A stretch of DNA of 64,000 bases from Nitrosopumilaceae archaeon (GTDB taxonomy: Archaea > Thermoproteota > Nitrososphaeria > Nitrososphaerales > Nitrosopumilaceae): the NCBI GenBank assembly GCA_965207375.1, contig OZ242274.1:32001-96000 (forward strand), in the 5' to 3' direction. The notes under the pieces are model-generated. The model saw only the letters and a list, made by a program, of their open reading frames with translations. It made no database searches and was not told where the DNA came from. The translations under genes and the position numbers were made by a program. Shown here piece by piece: positions 18,838-29,423 of the stretch (positions within the stretch are counted from its first letter, which is position 1; each line of letters begins with the position of its first letter).

Positions 18838-19457
18838 CTAAGATCCATTGAGGTTTTAGTGACCTTCATGATAATTCCACTAAATGCAATTGAAGAAAGA
18901 AAGTACCAGGCCCAAAGATACAATGCGTTTTCTGTTTCACACACATGATCAGGATCTGCTGCTTGCTCTGCTGTACAAGTTAACTGGAAAAGATCTCCTG
19001 GAATAACATTGAGGGGAATCGGAGATATTGCAACAGTATACGAGAACAGCTGTGGCAATACGAAATAAAATATCAAAATTAGCGGGACAAACGTAATCAT
19101 CATGGGACGCATGTTCATCTGCATAATCTCCATATTCATCTTGTTCATGTATGATGACTTTTGGTTTAGCTTTGCAATCTTTTCCTGATCTTTTGCCCTA
19201 AATGCTGCCATTCGCTCTTTTTGCCATGCACGTGTTTCCTTCATAATTCGTTTTAGCTTTACAGAGTCTACCATTTTTTTTCTGATTGCGGCATTGAAAA
19301 TATTCAAAAGAATTCCAAAGCCTGCAATTCCCAGCATTGAGGCAATTATCCCCTTGATCATGGGGTCATCGCTGCCCAATGCACCGCGGTCTCCTCCCAT
19401 AAAATCAAACTGCAAAAAGATGTTTTCGATAAACAAAAAGACGTAACTAAACTCCAA
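18834..19457 (-). CDS. DUF106 / EMC3-TMCO1 family (Oxa1 superfamily) membrane protein
   Basis: TM-coiled coil-TM layout, MRPMMITFVP, WAWYFL; position after adk. Confidence 0.9.
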   Translation of the reverse strand: MEFSYVFLFIENIFLQFDFMGGDRGALGSDDPMIKGIIASMLGIAGFGILLNIFNAAIRKKMVDSVKLKRIMKETRAWQKERMAAFRAKDQEKIAKLNQKSSYMNKMNMEIMQMNMRPMMITFVPLILIFYFVLPQLFSYTVAISPIPLNVIPGDLFQLTCTAEQAADPDHVCETENALYLWAWYFLSSIAFSGIIMKVTKTSMDLS

Positions 19458-19459
19458 AA

Positions 19460-20038
19460 CTAAACACCTATTGTCCTTATTACATTATCAGCAGCTTCTT
19501 CAATCTTTCCCTCGTTGTTAAGTATGGATTTCATCGGTGCTCCAGAAAGAACAGAGCAGGTGGCAATAATGGATTCCTGAAGTGACATCTCTTTTTTGAC
19601 CTTTTCGATTGAAATTTTATCCCTATTTCTAGTTTCATCCTTCATTCGTCTGTTGTAAATTTCCTCAGGTTTGGCCACCACTGACATAAAAAATGACGGT
19701 TTTAGAATTTTTATTACATGTTCTGGCAATCCCGGATAAAATCCAGACGGGGTCGAAATAAATGCATGTGTGTCTATTAGTACCACGTCATCTGTAATTT
19801 GGGCCAGTTTTTGGGCTGCAAATTTCTGATATTTTTGCTGATTCTCAAGTGGCTGCTTTCTTAATTGGTCCCTGTCAGCTATGCCGTGTTTTTTTGCCTC
19901 CTCAAGCATTATGGTTCCAAAACTGTAAACGCTGACACTATGATTTTTCTTACTTAATTTTTCAACCACAGTAGATACAAGAGTCGACTTGCCGACTCCG
20001 GGTATTCCTACCATTACTACCTTCTTACTTTCTGCCAA
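19460..20038 (-). CDS. adkA: Adenylate kinase (archaeal type)
   Basis: GIPGVGKST, DRDQLRK, IDTH, GFYPGLP; likely TTG start at 20038. Confidence 0.93.
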   Translation of the reverse strand: MAESKKVVMVGIPGVGKSTLVSTVVEKLSKKNHSVSVYSFGTIMLEEAKKHGIADRDQLRKQPLENQQKYQKFAAQKLAQITDDVVLIDTHAFISTPSGFYPGLPEHVIKILKPSFFMSVVAKPEEIYNRRMKDETRNRDKISIEKVKKEMSLQESIIATCSVLSGAPMKSILNNEGKIEEAADNVIRTIGV

Positions 20039-21455
20039 GTAACGCACCAAGCCGCGGCATGACAACTTCCACCTGTTCTTTGACTAGCTGGTTATAGTAG
20101 TTGATCAGAATATCAACCATCAAAAGAATTCCTATTCCGGATCCAAATACACCCAAAACATCTGAAATTCCTGCTAGCGCGCCAAGAATTAATGAACCAA
20201 TAATTGTAACAGAAGGAATATACTTGTTTAACATGGACTCTACAGGTTTGTTTGAGCGTCTAAATCCAGGAATCTGAACATCTGCATCAAGTAGGTTTTG
20301 TGCCGCACTTTTTGGAGACAAGCCTCCAAGCTCCACCCATAATCTTCCAAATACTAAAACAATACCCATCATAAACAATACATAAAATACGGCCCTTAGC
20401 GGATCACCTGCTGCAACGTCTAGTCCTCTAGGCGGAGTTACATAATAAATCAGACCTCCAATCGGCGTAGACGGACTGGTAGGATCAAAGCGCGCCAAAA
20501 TGTTGAGAAATTCATTGGCATTTCTAGGATTAAAGTTTGCCCAAAACATCTGTCCTATAAATACAGCATTTGCAGTAAGTGCAGATGCCAAAATTACAGG
20601 AATGTTTGATACATACATCAGTTTGATTGGATAAACTGCAGAAAAGCCCCTGTATTTGGTTGAAACAATTGGGATTTCGACCTTCATTCCCTGCACATAG
20701 ACTAGTATCAAAAGTACTGCAGCGGTAAGAAACAGGCCGAAAATGCTGGGCAGCTGATTCACCCGGAAAAATACATTAGACAGATCACCTGCATAGATGG
20801 ATTCACCAAGATATGTCAAAATGCCAATAGAGCCACCGTCTCCTCCAGGCAGCGGACTAAACATGTTCCAAAGAATGGTCTGAGCCACACCTGCCATGAT
20901 AAATACGCTAATACCGCTTCCTAGGCCCCATCCCTTTTGGATTAGTTCGTCCAAAAACATGATGATGACTGATGCTGCCATCAGCTGGCCTACAAGTATC
21001 CAAATTATGGTGGGATCGGTAATTTGTGGGCCGTATACTGCTAGTCCATAGACTATGGATTCGGCAACTATAACGATATAAGTTACCAATTTGGTGGCAG
21101 TTTGGAAAATTCCCCTTTCCTCTGGTTTCTTAAAGTTAAATTTGAGAATGTCCGAACCTCTCAATAATTGCATGAGCAGTCCGGCTGTAACTATTGGTCC
21201 TATTCCTAGTTCAATAAGGGTACCTTGTTGGGATGCAAAAATTACTCGGGCAAATTGAAGAAAGTCAAAGTCAGGAGTTGTTGCACCAAATAGGGGCGTT
21301 TGACCCATTACAAGGTAAATCAACAGTGCAATTCCGGTCCACAGCAGTCTGGTTTGTAGTTGTAATTTCTTTTTTGGTTTTGGAACCTGTGGAATATAGG
21401 GTTCTGCTTTAAAGACGACCTTTCGAATTATTGCAGTTGCTGTACCCTCAGCCAT
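20025..21455 (-). CDS. secY: Preprotein translocase subunit SecY
   Basis: GTLIELGIGPIVTAG, KGWGLGSGIS, YPIKLMYVSNIP, IPGFRR. Confidence 0.97.
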   Translation of the reverse strand: MAEGTATAIIRKVVFKAEPYIPQVPKPKKKLQLQTRLLWTGIALLIYLVMGQTPLFGATTPDFDFLQFARVIFASQQGTLIELGIGPIVTAGLLMQLLRGSDILKFNFKKPEERGIFQTATKLVTYIVIVAESIVYGLAVYGPQITDPTIIWILVGQLMAASVIIMFLDELIQKGWGLGSGISVFIMAGVAQTILWNMFSPLPGGDGGSIGILTYLGESIYAGDLSNVFFRVNQLPSIFGLFLTAAVLLILVYVQGMKVEIPIVSTKYRGFSAVYPIKLMYVSNIPVILASALTANAVFIGQMFWANFNPRNANEFLNILARFDPTSPSTPIGGLIYYVTPPRGLDVAAGDPLRAVFYVLFMMGIVLVFGRLWVELGGLSPKSAAQNLLDADVQIPGFRRSNKPVESMLNKYIPSVTIIGSLILGALAGISDVLGVFGSGIGILLMVDILINYYNQLVKEQVEVVMPRLGALLGRK

Positions 21456-21873
21456 CCTTAGATAACACCTCTCCCCCTGCTTGTTTTACCTTTTCTTTGG
21501 CAGATGCAGTGAAGCGATTTACTTTAACGATATAAGCATTAGATGTATTACCGCCGCCAAGAAGTTTTTCTATTTTGTTACCTGCAAGATCAATTATTTT
21601 TTTGTCGCCCTCTTGTTGTCCAAAAGAGGTAAAGAGATCATCTAGATCTCTGACGCTGGCCCACTTTTTTGTGATGTTTGGATGAGGGGGATGAGTAGAG
21701 CCGTGACCGAAATGATCCGGATTTTCCTTTAGCATTGAGCTGTAATGGTGTTTTAATTGACCAGAGACACCTAGTCCGCCCTTGTGTCCGCTGGCTCTGT
21801 GTTGGGCAACCTGTCCCCATCCGCAGTATCTAGAACCACGATTTTTTCTTGTCTTTCTGAGTCTGGTTGCCAT
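21448..21873 (-). CDS. rpl15: 50S ribosomal protein L15
   Basis: RKTRKNRGSRYCGWG, HRASGHKGG; directly upstream of secY. Confidence 0.95.
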   Translation of the reverse strand: MATRLRKTRKNRGSRYCGWGQVAQHRASGHKGGLGVSGQLKHHYSSMLKENPDHFGHGSTHPPHPNITKKWASVRDLDDLFTSFGQQEGDKKIIDLAGNKIEKLLGGGNTSNAYIVKVNRFTASAKEKVKQAGGEVLSKDG

Positions 21874-21874
21874 G

Positions 21875-22357
21875 TTAAATCATGCTCCTGACTATGACAT
21901 CTAGCTCGTTATTGTGTCCAAGTATTCCCTTTTGACCATACAGTCTTTTTGTACTGCGCTTGAATCCTCCCCTTGGTGGAGCCAAGGCAAACCAGGGTTT
22001 TAGAGGCTTTAATTTAGAGAGTGAAATTTGCCCCTCTGTAAGAGATAATGCAAGATCATCAATACTTGTAAATTTTAATTCCTTGTCATCAAGATTTGCA
22101 AGATCCTGTGGGGAAATCTTTTGATATCCAGATTTTCTTGCTTTTTTATCCAATAGTTCCTTTGCAAGGGTGACATCGATTTCTTTCCATGCGATATAGT
22201 GTTGAACCTTTTTTAGCATTCCAAGGGTGTTGTTTCGTGCAGGTATTATTGTGGCACGATACTTTTTTTCTAGTTTAAGCAGCCTCAAGGTGGTATTTGC
22301 CCAGTGAGGTACATCAGGAAGACCTTTGATTCTAACTACAATGTACGCGCTAGCCAT
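21875..22357 (-). CDS. rpl30: 50S ribosomal protein L30 (uL30, archaeal long form)
   Basis: VVRIKG, TLRLLKL, LAPPRGGFK. Confidence 0.95.
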   Translation of the reverse strand: MASAYIVVRIKGLPDVPHWANTTLRLLKLEKKYRATIIPARNNTLGMLKKVQHYIAWKEIDVTLAKELLDKKARKSGYQKISPQDLANLDDKELKFTSIDDLALSLTEGQISLSKLKPLKPWFALAPPRGGFKRSTKRLYGQKGILGHNNELDVIVRSMI

Positions 22358-22362
22358 TTTCA

Positions 22363-23001
22363 TCATCCCTGACTAAATGTCAACCTTAGACATTGTAGTA
22401 CGGCCTTTGAGGTGGAGTTCATTGTAGCAGTGGAGCCTTTTGCAGTGGTCCATGCATCCTTTAATCCTGCCAATTCTAATAGTCGCTTAATTTTTCCCCC
22501 CGCAACTAGGCCCAAACCCCTTGGTGCCGGAAGAATTTCAATTGTAACACTGCCGCCTTTTCCCTTTACTTTGAACGGAACAGAATGTTTTTGATCACAT
22601 CTGCATTCCCAACTACCGCAGCCTAGTTTGATTGGGTTTACATTAAGATATGCCTGATTGGTTGCTTTTTCAATGGCGATTCTCATCTGTTTGGATTTGC
22701 CCTGACCAATTCCCAACCAGCCGTTGCTGTTTCCTGTAGCAACAATTGCCTTAAACCTAGTAGACTGTCCATTGGATGTCATTTTTTGTATAATGCCGAC
22801 ATCAACTACCTCAGATTTCAAATCAGGCAGCAGCTTTTTGATGATTCCTGCCTCTTGTATTCGTAATCCACTCTCCAGAATCTCCTCCATGGATGTAATT
22901 TCTCCAGATGCAACCCTGTGCCCAAGAATGGTTTTTGGGATCCAAATTTCCTCTTCGGGCTCTCGTGGCTTTCTACGTTCTCGCTGTTGTGTATGACTCA
23001 T
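22363..23001 (-). CDS. rps5: 30S ribosomal protein S5
   Basis: WIPKTILG, GCGSWEC, PAPRGLGLVAG. Confidence 0.96.
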   Translation of the reverse strand: MSHTQQRERRKPREPEEEIWIPKTILGHRVASGEITSMEEILESGLRIQEAGIIKKLLPDLKSEVVDVGIIQKMTSNGQSTRFKAIVATGNSNGWLGIGQGKSKQMRIAIEKATNQAYLNVNPIKLGCGSWECRCDQKHSVPFKVKGKGGSVTIEILPAPRGLGLVAGGKIKRLLELAGLKDAWTTAKGSTATMNSTSKAVLQCLRLTFSQG

Positions 23002-23480
23002 TTTGTCTCACCATCGATAGCAGTTTTCATTTGAGAAACATCGTTTTTTACTGTAAGATGTTCTCCATTAATTCTTTGTTCTGGAGGAAATGTTTCTGAA
23101 TCGGCAGGTACTGTAAGTCCAGCATCGATAATTCCTTTCAGTGCGGCTGCCGTTCTTTGGGTATATTTCCTTGTACCAGTGTAAAGAATCGCATCTTTTG
23201 CGCCACTACCGATAGCTTTCTTGCCTGCTAGATAACCTGTAAGATATGCAGCCGGAATGCTTTTTCTTGAACCTTTCCAGCCTTTTTTAAGCAAATATCT
23301 AGAATGTGCTGAGGCTATGACCTTATCACCAGCAATTTCTGGTTTGAGAATTTGTACCTGCGTGTTTTCATTGGATACTGTGACTGTTATAAAATCACGC
23401 CTGCCAACTAACATCGTTGAACGTTTTTTGTAGTTAGTTTTTTGTTCTCGAAGTCTTCTCAATATTTTTGAATAGGCCAT
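22998..23480 (-). CDS. rpl18: 50S ribosomal protein L18
   Basis: RRLREQKTNYKKR, PAAYLTGYLAG, RINGEHL. Confidence 0.96.
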   Translation of the reverse strand: MAYSKILRRLREQKTNYKKRSTMLVGRRDFITVTVSNENTQVQILKPEIAGDKVIASAHSRYLLKKGWKGSRKSIPAAYLTGYLAGKKAIGSGAKDAILYTGTRKYTQRTAAALKGIIDAGLTVPADSETFPPEQRINGEHLTVKNDVSQMKTAIDGETK

Positions 23481-23515
23481 CTATAGCCAAAAACTCGGAA
23501 TTGCTCTTATAAACG

Positions 23516-24427
23516 TTAGATGCGGATTAGGGACATCAAAAGTGCTTTTTGCGTATAAAGTCGATTTTGTGCTTCGTCCCATACTACAGATTGTGGCCCG
23601 TCAATCACAGAAGAGGTCACCTCAACTTCACGTTTAGCAGGAAGACAATGCAAGAAAATAGAATCTTTGTTGGATTTTTTCATAATATTGTCGTTAATTT
23701 GGTATTTTGGATAGAATTTTTTGGTTCGTTTTGAGTCTTTGTTGTGAATCGAGTTAAATGTGTCAGTTATTACAACATCTGCATCTGAAACTGCTTTGAT
23801 CGGATCAGTTGTAATTACAACATTAGTAGATTTTTGACATTCTTCAATTACAGACGTATCAGGTTCAAATCCTTTTGGTGTAGCAACATAGATTTCGGAA
23901 TTGGCCAAGACACATCCATAAAGTAAAGAATTGCAGACGTTGTTTCCATCCCCTACCCAAGCAATTTTTAATCCGTTGATTTTTTTCTTTTTTTCTTTGA
24001 TGGTCATAAAATCTGCAAGTATTTGACACGGGTGGAAGGAATTAGACAATCCGTTAATTACCGGAACAGACGAACTGCTGGCAAGATCAACTAGCGTTTG
24101 ATGTTCATAAACGCGTGCCATTATACAGTTGACATACCCTGACAAAGTTTTTGCAGTATCTTGTATTGTCTCACCGCGGGAGAGCTGCATATCAGCTGAA
24201 GATAGATTGATTGCATGGCCGCCTAATTGGAACATTCCTGTTTCAAAGCTTATACGTGTACGTGTGGAAGGTTTTTGAAAAATCATTGCAAGGGTTTTAT
24301 TTGCAAGAGGTTTTTTACTTGATGTTTTTGATTCTTTTTTTAATTTAATTGAATAATCTATCAGATGTGAAAATTCCTTCTCGTTTAATTCGCCCAGTGT
24401 AAGTAAATTTTTTGTATGTAATTTCAT
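23516..24427 (-). CDS. argF: Ornithine carbamoyltransferase
   Basis: FQKPSTRTRISF, HPCQILAD, GDGNNV, FLHCLP. Confidence 0.95.
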   Translation of the reverse strand: MKLHTKNLLTLGELNEKEFSHLIDYSIKLKKESKTSSKKPLANKTLAMIFQKPSTRTRISFETGMFQLGGHAINLSSADMQLSRGETIQDTAKTLSGYVNCIMARVYEHQTLVDLASSSSVPVINGLSNSFHPCQILADFMTIKEKKKKINGLKIAWVGDGNNVCNSLLYGCVLANSEIYVATPKGFEPDTSVIEECQKSTNVVITTDPIKAVSDADVVITDTFNSIHNKDSKRTKKFYPKYQINDNIMKKSNKDSIFLHCLPAKREVEVTSSVIDGPQSVVWDEAQNRLYTQKALLMSLIRI

Positions 24428-25857
24428 TTCTTGAAGAATCCAAATAGTCCCTGTTTCTTTTTAGGTTTTTCGTTCTTGTCATCATTGTCTGATTTTCCGT
24501 CAGGTTTTGGCTTTTCATTTTTTATCCATTCTCTGATTGCGTTTGCCATTTTTACCGCATCTTCATCAGATTCAGGTGTAGGTATATCGTACAAATCAGC
24601 ATATTTTGCAATATCTGCATCACTAATTCCTTCAAAAGGATCGTCAGATTTGGTTTGGAATGTTTTGTCTTGTTGCTTTTCTTGTTGTTTCCCTGATTCT
24701 ATTTTCTCAGGTTCAGAGATGTCTTGTGTAGTCTCGGGTGTGTCTTGTGTAGTCTCGGGTGTGTCTTGTGTAGTCTCGGGTGTGTCTTGTGTAGTCTCGG
24801 GTGTGTCTTGTGTAGTCTCGGGTGTGTCTTGTGTAGTCTCGGGTGTGTCTTGTGTAGTCTCGGGTGTGTCTTGTGTAGTCTCGGGTGTGTCTTGTGTAGT
24901 CTCGGGTGTGTCTTGTGTAGTCTCGGGTGTCTGGGTCAGATCAACGTCGTCGATATTACCAAATACGTTTTTCAAAAAGAGTTCCTTGTCAAAAGTTCTC
25001 AGATCGTCGTATTGCTGACCAACACCTACAAACATTACAGGCGTTTTGGTAAGCGTCACAACTGATAGTACAGCACCGCCACGTGCATCAGCATCACTTT
25101 TTGTAAGAATCGCACCGTCGAATTTAGTATGTTCATAGAATTGTTTTGCCTGATTAACAGTATCGTTTCCTGCCAAAGAATCCCCTACAAAAATTTTCAA
25201 ATGTGGTTTTACAACTTTGGTGATTTTTTCAATTTGTTCCATTAAATTTTTGCTAGTCTGCATTCGTCCAGCAGTATCAATTAAAACACAATCAATCTTG
25301 TGTGATTTTGCATACAAGACAGCATCCCTAGATACGGCCGCAGGATCAGAGCCATAATTTTGAGCAATAATTTTTAGATTTAATCGCTTGGTGTGTTCCT
25401 TTAATTGTTCAATGGCACCTGCTCTAAATGTATCAGCAGCAGCTACTACTATAGAATATTTTGATTTTTGTAAAAGATGTGCCATTTTGGCAAGACTAGT
25501 AGTTTTACCGGTTCCATTAATTCCAACAAATAACACAATGTACGGTTCGTTTTTTTCCTTAAAACTGTCAATGTTTGCAAAAAGATCCACCTTGCCTGCA
25601 TCATCAATTAATGTAGAGACAGATCGGATAAGACGATTACGGATAAATGTCTCTATCGTATTTTTGTCCACTCTAGTACCAATCAATTCAGATTTGAGAT
25701 CATCTTTGATTGTATCTGCTACCTCAACAGCTACATCTGATTCTAAAAGTGCAATTTCTAATTCAAATAAAATATCCTCAATATCTTTTTCTTTGAGTTC
25801 TTTTTCTGCAAAACTTTTTGATGCGTTTGAAAATGCACTTTTAAGTTTATCAAACAT
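24424..25857 (-). CDS. ftsY: Signal recognition particle receptor FtsY with C-terminal repeat-containing extension
   Basis: GINGTGKTT, DTFRAGA, DTAGR and TKSD GTPase motifs. Confidence 0.96.
   Translation of the reverse strand: MFDKLKSAFSNASKSFAEKELKEKDIEDILFELEIALLESDVAVEVADTIKDDLKSELIGTRVDKNTIETFIRNRLIRSVSTLIDDAGKVDLFANIDSFKEKNEPYIVLFVGINGTGKTTSLAKMAHLLQKSKYSIVVAAADTFRAGAIEQLKEHTKRLNLKIIAQNYGSDPAAVSRDAVLYAKSHKIDCVLIDTAGRMQTSKNLMEQIEKITKVVKPHLKIFVGDSLAGNDTVNQAKQFYEHTKFDGAILTKSDADARGGAVLSVVTLTKTPVMFVGVGQQYDDLRTFDKELFLKNVFGNIDDVDLTQTPETTQDTPETTQDTPETTQDTPETTQDTPETTQDTPETTQDTPETTQDTPETTQDTPETTQDTPETTQDISEPEKIESGKQQEKQQDKTFQTKSDDPFEGISDADIAKYADLYDIPTPESDEDAVKMANAIREWIKNEKPKPDGKSDNDDKNEKPKKKQGLFGFFKK
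24721..24930. repeat. Perfect 21-bp tandem repeat x10 (encodes TPETTQD in FtsY)
   Basis: gtcttgtgtagtctcgggtgt repeated 10 times without mismatch. Confidence 0.97.
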
Positions 25858-25869
25858 TATACGTTGTCC

Positions 25870-26289
25870 TCACCGAGGAGATGCGTTAGATTGGACAAGT
25901 TTGTTTGCTTCTTGTGTGGTCTGTTCAAGTCTTCTCATAGCTTCTTGTCTCTTTGCACTTGTATCTTGTATAGAGATTTCAATTTCCTTTATTCGAGATT
26001 CAAGAAAAGTCAATGCAGATTCCCTATCTTTTTCCATTACAACACCTGCGCCAATATTTAAAACAATTTTTTGTTGAGAGGATACCTTTGCTTTGACAAA
26101 AACGCCCATACCAACGGGCATTAGAGTATCAGAGTTGTCTTTTTCTCCGAAACTTTTAACTGCATCAATGGCCGAATATGCTTCTTTTAGAACTGTAAGT
26201 AATGTAGATTCACGTTGATGCAAATCACCAACAAAATTCTCCAACATTTGTATCTGTCTCATGAATTGTTGGGTTTGTTCTTGACTCAT
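25870..26289 (-). CDS. pfdA: Prefoldin subunit alpha
   Basis: LMPVGMGVFVKA, VLNIGAGV between coiled coils; adjacent to ftsY; likely start 26289. Confidence 0.92.
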   Translation of the reverse strand: MSQEQTQQFMRQIQMLENFVGDLHQRESTLLTVLKEAYSAIDAVKSFGEKDNSDTLMPVGMGVFVKAKVSSQQKIVLNIGAGVVMEKDRESALTFLESRIKEIEISIQDTSAKRQEAMRRLEQTTQEANKLVQSNASPR

Positions 26290-26659
26290 AACAAAAGACT
26301 CATAGACGGTTATAAATACACTAAGAGATTCCAAAAATCGTTTTGAATAGAGTAATGGCACAAATCATGAAAGCAAAATCCAAATAAACCACATTCAAAA
26401 TTCTCTGTACAACAAGTCAAAACAGCACCTATTCATTTGGCGGCATACAGCAAGCAGTGTTATCTAAATTATGTATAGTACTTGGTAGCGTTAAAGTTGT
26501 GACACTAGACACGGAATTTACCGTCAAAAAATAGAACAAAAATCACAAAAGTAACGTTAACATTTTTGATAAATACAATTGAAAAGACTCGTACATCCTT
26601 TCTAATTATAACATGCCAATTTTGGCACAATACAGAATAAAAAAATAAAGAATGAAACT

Positions 26660-27280
26660 TTATTGTACTTTAGAAAGTCTGTTGTTGACCTCGTCCCAAT
26701 TGACGACATTCCACCAAGCTTCTATGTAAACAGGTCGTTTGTTTTGATACTTTAGATAGTATGCATGTTCCCAAACATCACATCCAAGCAACGGCACTAA
26801 TCCTTTGGTTCTAGGACTTGTTTGATTAGGCATTGTCTGAAATTCTACCTTAGAAGTGGATGGATTGTACACTAGCCATCCCCATCCGCTGCCTTGAATA
26901 ACGGCAGTAGCAGATGAGAATTTTTCCTTAAATTCGGCAAAACTTCCAAATGAAGCATTAATTGCATCTGCAACAGCTCCTCCTGGTTCTCCACCGCCAT
27001 TTGGTCTCATATTTTTCCAGAACAATCCATGATTGTCAAATCCGCCACCATTGAAGTTGATTGCGCCCCTTTGATCCTCAGGAACCTGATTCAAATCAGA
27101 CAGAATTTCTACAATGTCCTTGTTTTGAATGTCCTCAGGACATTTTTCAAGGGCAGCATTTAGCTTGTCAGTATATGTCTGATGATGCTTGGAATGATGT
27201 ATTTCCATGGTTTGTGCATCTAGGTGTGGTTCTAATGCATCATATGCATAGGGTAATTCTGGAAGTGTGTATTTTCCCAT
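26660..27280 (-). CDS. sod: Superoxide dismutase (Fe/Mn family)
   Basis: LPYAYDALEPH, HHSKHH, QGSGWGWL, DVWEHAYY. Confidence 0.97.
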   Translation of the reverse strand: MGKYTLPELPYAYDALEPHLDAQTMEIHHSKHHQTYTDKLNAALEKCPEDIQNKDIVEILSDLNQVPEDQRGAINFNGGGFDNHGLFWKNMRPNGGGEPGGAVADAINASFGSFAEFKEKFSSATAVIQGSGWGWLVYNPSTSKVEFQTMPNQTSPRTKGLVPLLGCDVWEHAYYLKYQNKRPVYIEAWWNVVNWDEVNNRLSKVQ

Positions 27281-27353
27281 GTTTTAAAATTCAGCTTAGG
27301 CCATTTATTGGTTTAGGCAATTAGTTTTTACTAGAATAATCAAGACTAAAAAC

Positions 27354-29423
27354 ATGAATAGTATTAAAATTATTTTCCTTGCCTCAACAATGATACTAGC
27401 TGGCATTTTGCTGTCGAATCTAGATTTGGAATCAGATGTAAAACTATTGTTAGATAAAAGTGGACCGTACATAGGTGCAGATTTTGCACAAAACCTAGGA
27501 TACACAGGAAAGGGAATAGTAATTGCAGTAATTGATACAGGTGTTGATTTTTCCCATCCTGATCTTGACAACTATTTAGAAAATGGAACAATCATCGGAG
27601 GATATAATTTTGTAAGTAAAGGCAGGCCTCCAAATGACACAAACGGACACGGAACACAGGTTGCAGGTATAATTGCAGCACAAGGAGGCACGTTTGGAAT
27701 TGCACCAGATGCAAAAATCCTAGCATATAAGGTATCAGATAATGGAGAATCAGTATCATCTGATCTAATTGTAAAGGCCATAAACAAGGCAGTTGAAGAC
27801 AAGGTAGACATCATAAACATAAGCCTAGGGGTAAACAAGACAAATTCAAAAATTGACTCTGCTGTAAATGAAGCAACAAAGAGCGGAGTTTTTGTGGTAG
27901 TTGCTGCAGGAAATGACGGACCTAAACGAGATACAATTGGTAGTCCCGGCAGGAATCCAAATGCAATTACGGTAGGTGCTACATACAACAACATCACATC
28001 TAGTTTAGTTGCTACATTTGAAATCAACCAAATACAGTATCAGGTAATTCCCATGCTAGGTGTTGATTCAATATCACAGCCCATTGTGGCAAAAATCATC
28101 GATGGAAAATATGGCAGAGCGTATGATTTTGATACAATTAATGCAACAGGTGCCATATTTCTGATGGAGCGTGGAAGTGATAAAGAAGGTGAAATAGTAT
28201 ACTTTGCAGAAAAAGAATCAAACTCGGCAGATGTAGGAGCTGCGGCAGTCATTGTGTTTAACAACGAACCAGGATTGTATCTAGGAGACGTTTCAGAAAG
28301 TTTCACAATTGAAAATTACAAGCCAAGAATACCCATTGTTTCACTATCACAAAAGGAGGGTCTAGAGATAAAGGAGATGTTAGATGATGAGCCTGAGGGA
28401 ATTCTAAATGTGTTTTATAATCCAGATTATGTTGCATTTTTTAGTTCAAGAGGCCCTGCCTCACCGTTTTACATAAAGCCAGACTTGGTGGCCCCTGGTG
28501 CATTTGTAAACTCTACAGACATCAACAGGACATACAATTTTTCTAGTGGAACAAGCTTTGCCACACCACATGTATCAGGTGCAGCAGCGATACTATTAGA
28601 AAAATATCCAAACTTGCAACCAAGCGAATTAAAGTCAATTTTGACAACTACTGCAGTGCCTGTTACAGACGCATATGGAAACGATTTTACAGTTGCAGAC
28701 GCAGGCTCTGGAAGATTGGATTTGAAAAATGCATTTAATGCAAAGATCATCATAGAACCAACATTTGCAATAATGACATTTTCCCCCGTAGAAAAAATAC
28801 ACAATCATAAAATAAATTTAAACAGTATCGAGGGTCAGACGATAAAAAACATTGTAGTAAAAGTTACAGCGCCTGAAAATATCAAAATTGAACACAGATT
28901 GGATGATGGCATACTTGACGTCTGGGCAGAAATGTTAACGGTACAAAATGGACAAAGTGAGGGCAAAATAATCATTAAACATGACGGTACAGAATATAAG
29001 ATTCCGATGATTTTCAGATATGTAAAAGGATCCATAGATACAAGCCACACACAGGGAATGATGAATTTCGAAATTATCGAGCCCAAAGATTGGAAGTATG
29101 CCAAGGTGTCTGTAATCAACAAAGAAACCGGCGAATTTTTTACCACATCAATTACTCCAAAACGCGATTCAACAATAAAGGTGACAGAATCAGGACAGTA
29201 CTGGATAGAGGCAAGCATTGATGTAAACGACACAACATACTATGCATATGACACAACACATGTTCAAGGGGCCACCTCAGACGGTGCAAATACATTTACT
29301 GAGCTAAAAATTTCTCAAAGACCAATCTACATAGCAGTTGCAATAACTGCGATAATTGCAGTTGTTGGGATCATACTGCTAATCAAAAATCGCACAGTTA
29401 GGACTTTGGACCCGCATTTATGA
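27354..29423 (+). CDS. S8 subtilisin-family serine protease with PA domain and C-terminal TM anchor
   Basis: Catalytic triad motifs IDTG, GHGTQVAG, SGTSFATPHVSG; PA-domain insert; hydrophobic N- and C-termini. Confidence 0.93.
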   Translation: MNSIKIIFLASTMILAGILLSNLDLESDVKLLLDKSGPYIGADFAQNLGYTGKGIVIAVIDTGVDFSHPDLDNYLENGTIIGGYNFVSKGRPPNDTNGHGTQVAGIIAAQGGTFGIAPDAKILAYKVSDNGESVSSDLIVKAINKAVEDKVDIINISLGVNKTNSKIDSAVNEATKSGVFVVVAAGNDGPKRDTIGSPGRNPNAITVGATYNNITSSLVATFEINQIQYQVIPMLGVDSISQPIVAKIIDGKYGRAYDFDTINATGAIFLMERGSDKEGEIVYFAEKESNSADVGAAAVIVFNNEPGLYLGDVSESFTIENYKPRIPIVSLSQKEGLEIKEMLDDEPEGILNVFYNPDYVAFFSSRGPASPFYIKPDLVAPGAFVNSTDINRTYNFSSGTSFATPHVSGAAAILLEKYPNLQPSELKSILTTTAVPVTDAYGNDFTVADAGSGRLDLKNAFNAKIIIEPTFAIMTFSPVEKIHNHKINLNSIEGQTIKNIVVKVTAPENIKIEHRLDDGILDVWAEMLTVQNGQSEGKIIIKHDGTEYKIPMIFRYVKGSIDTSHTQGMMNFEIIEPKDWKYAKVSVINKETGEFFTTSITPKRDSTIKVTESGQYWIEASIDVNDTTYYAYDTTHVQGATSDGANTFTELKISQRPIYIAVAITAIIAVVGIILLIKNRTVRTLDPHL

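Noticed and set aside
24721-24930. 21-bp repeat array as a CRISPR
   Set aside because: Units are contiguous with no spacers, lie in frame within ftsY, and no cas genes are present.
24431-25065. Plus-strand Cys/Val-rich ORFs (195 aa and 113 aa)
   Set aside because: Antisense shadows kept open by the stop-free tandem repeat in ftsY.
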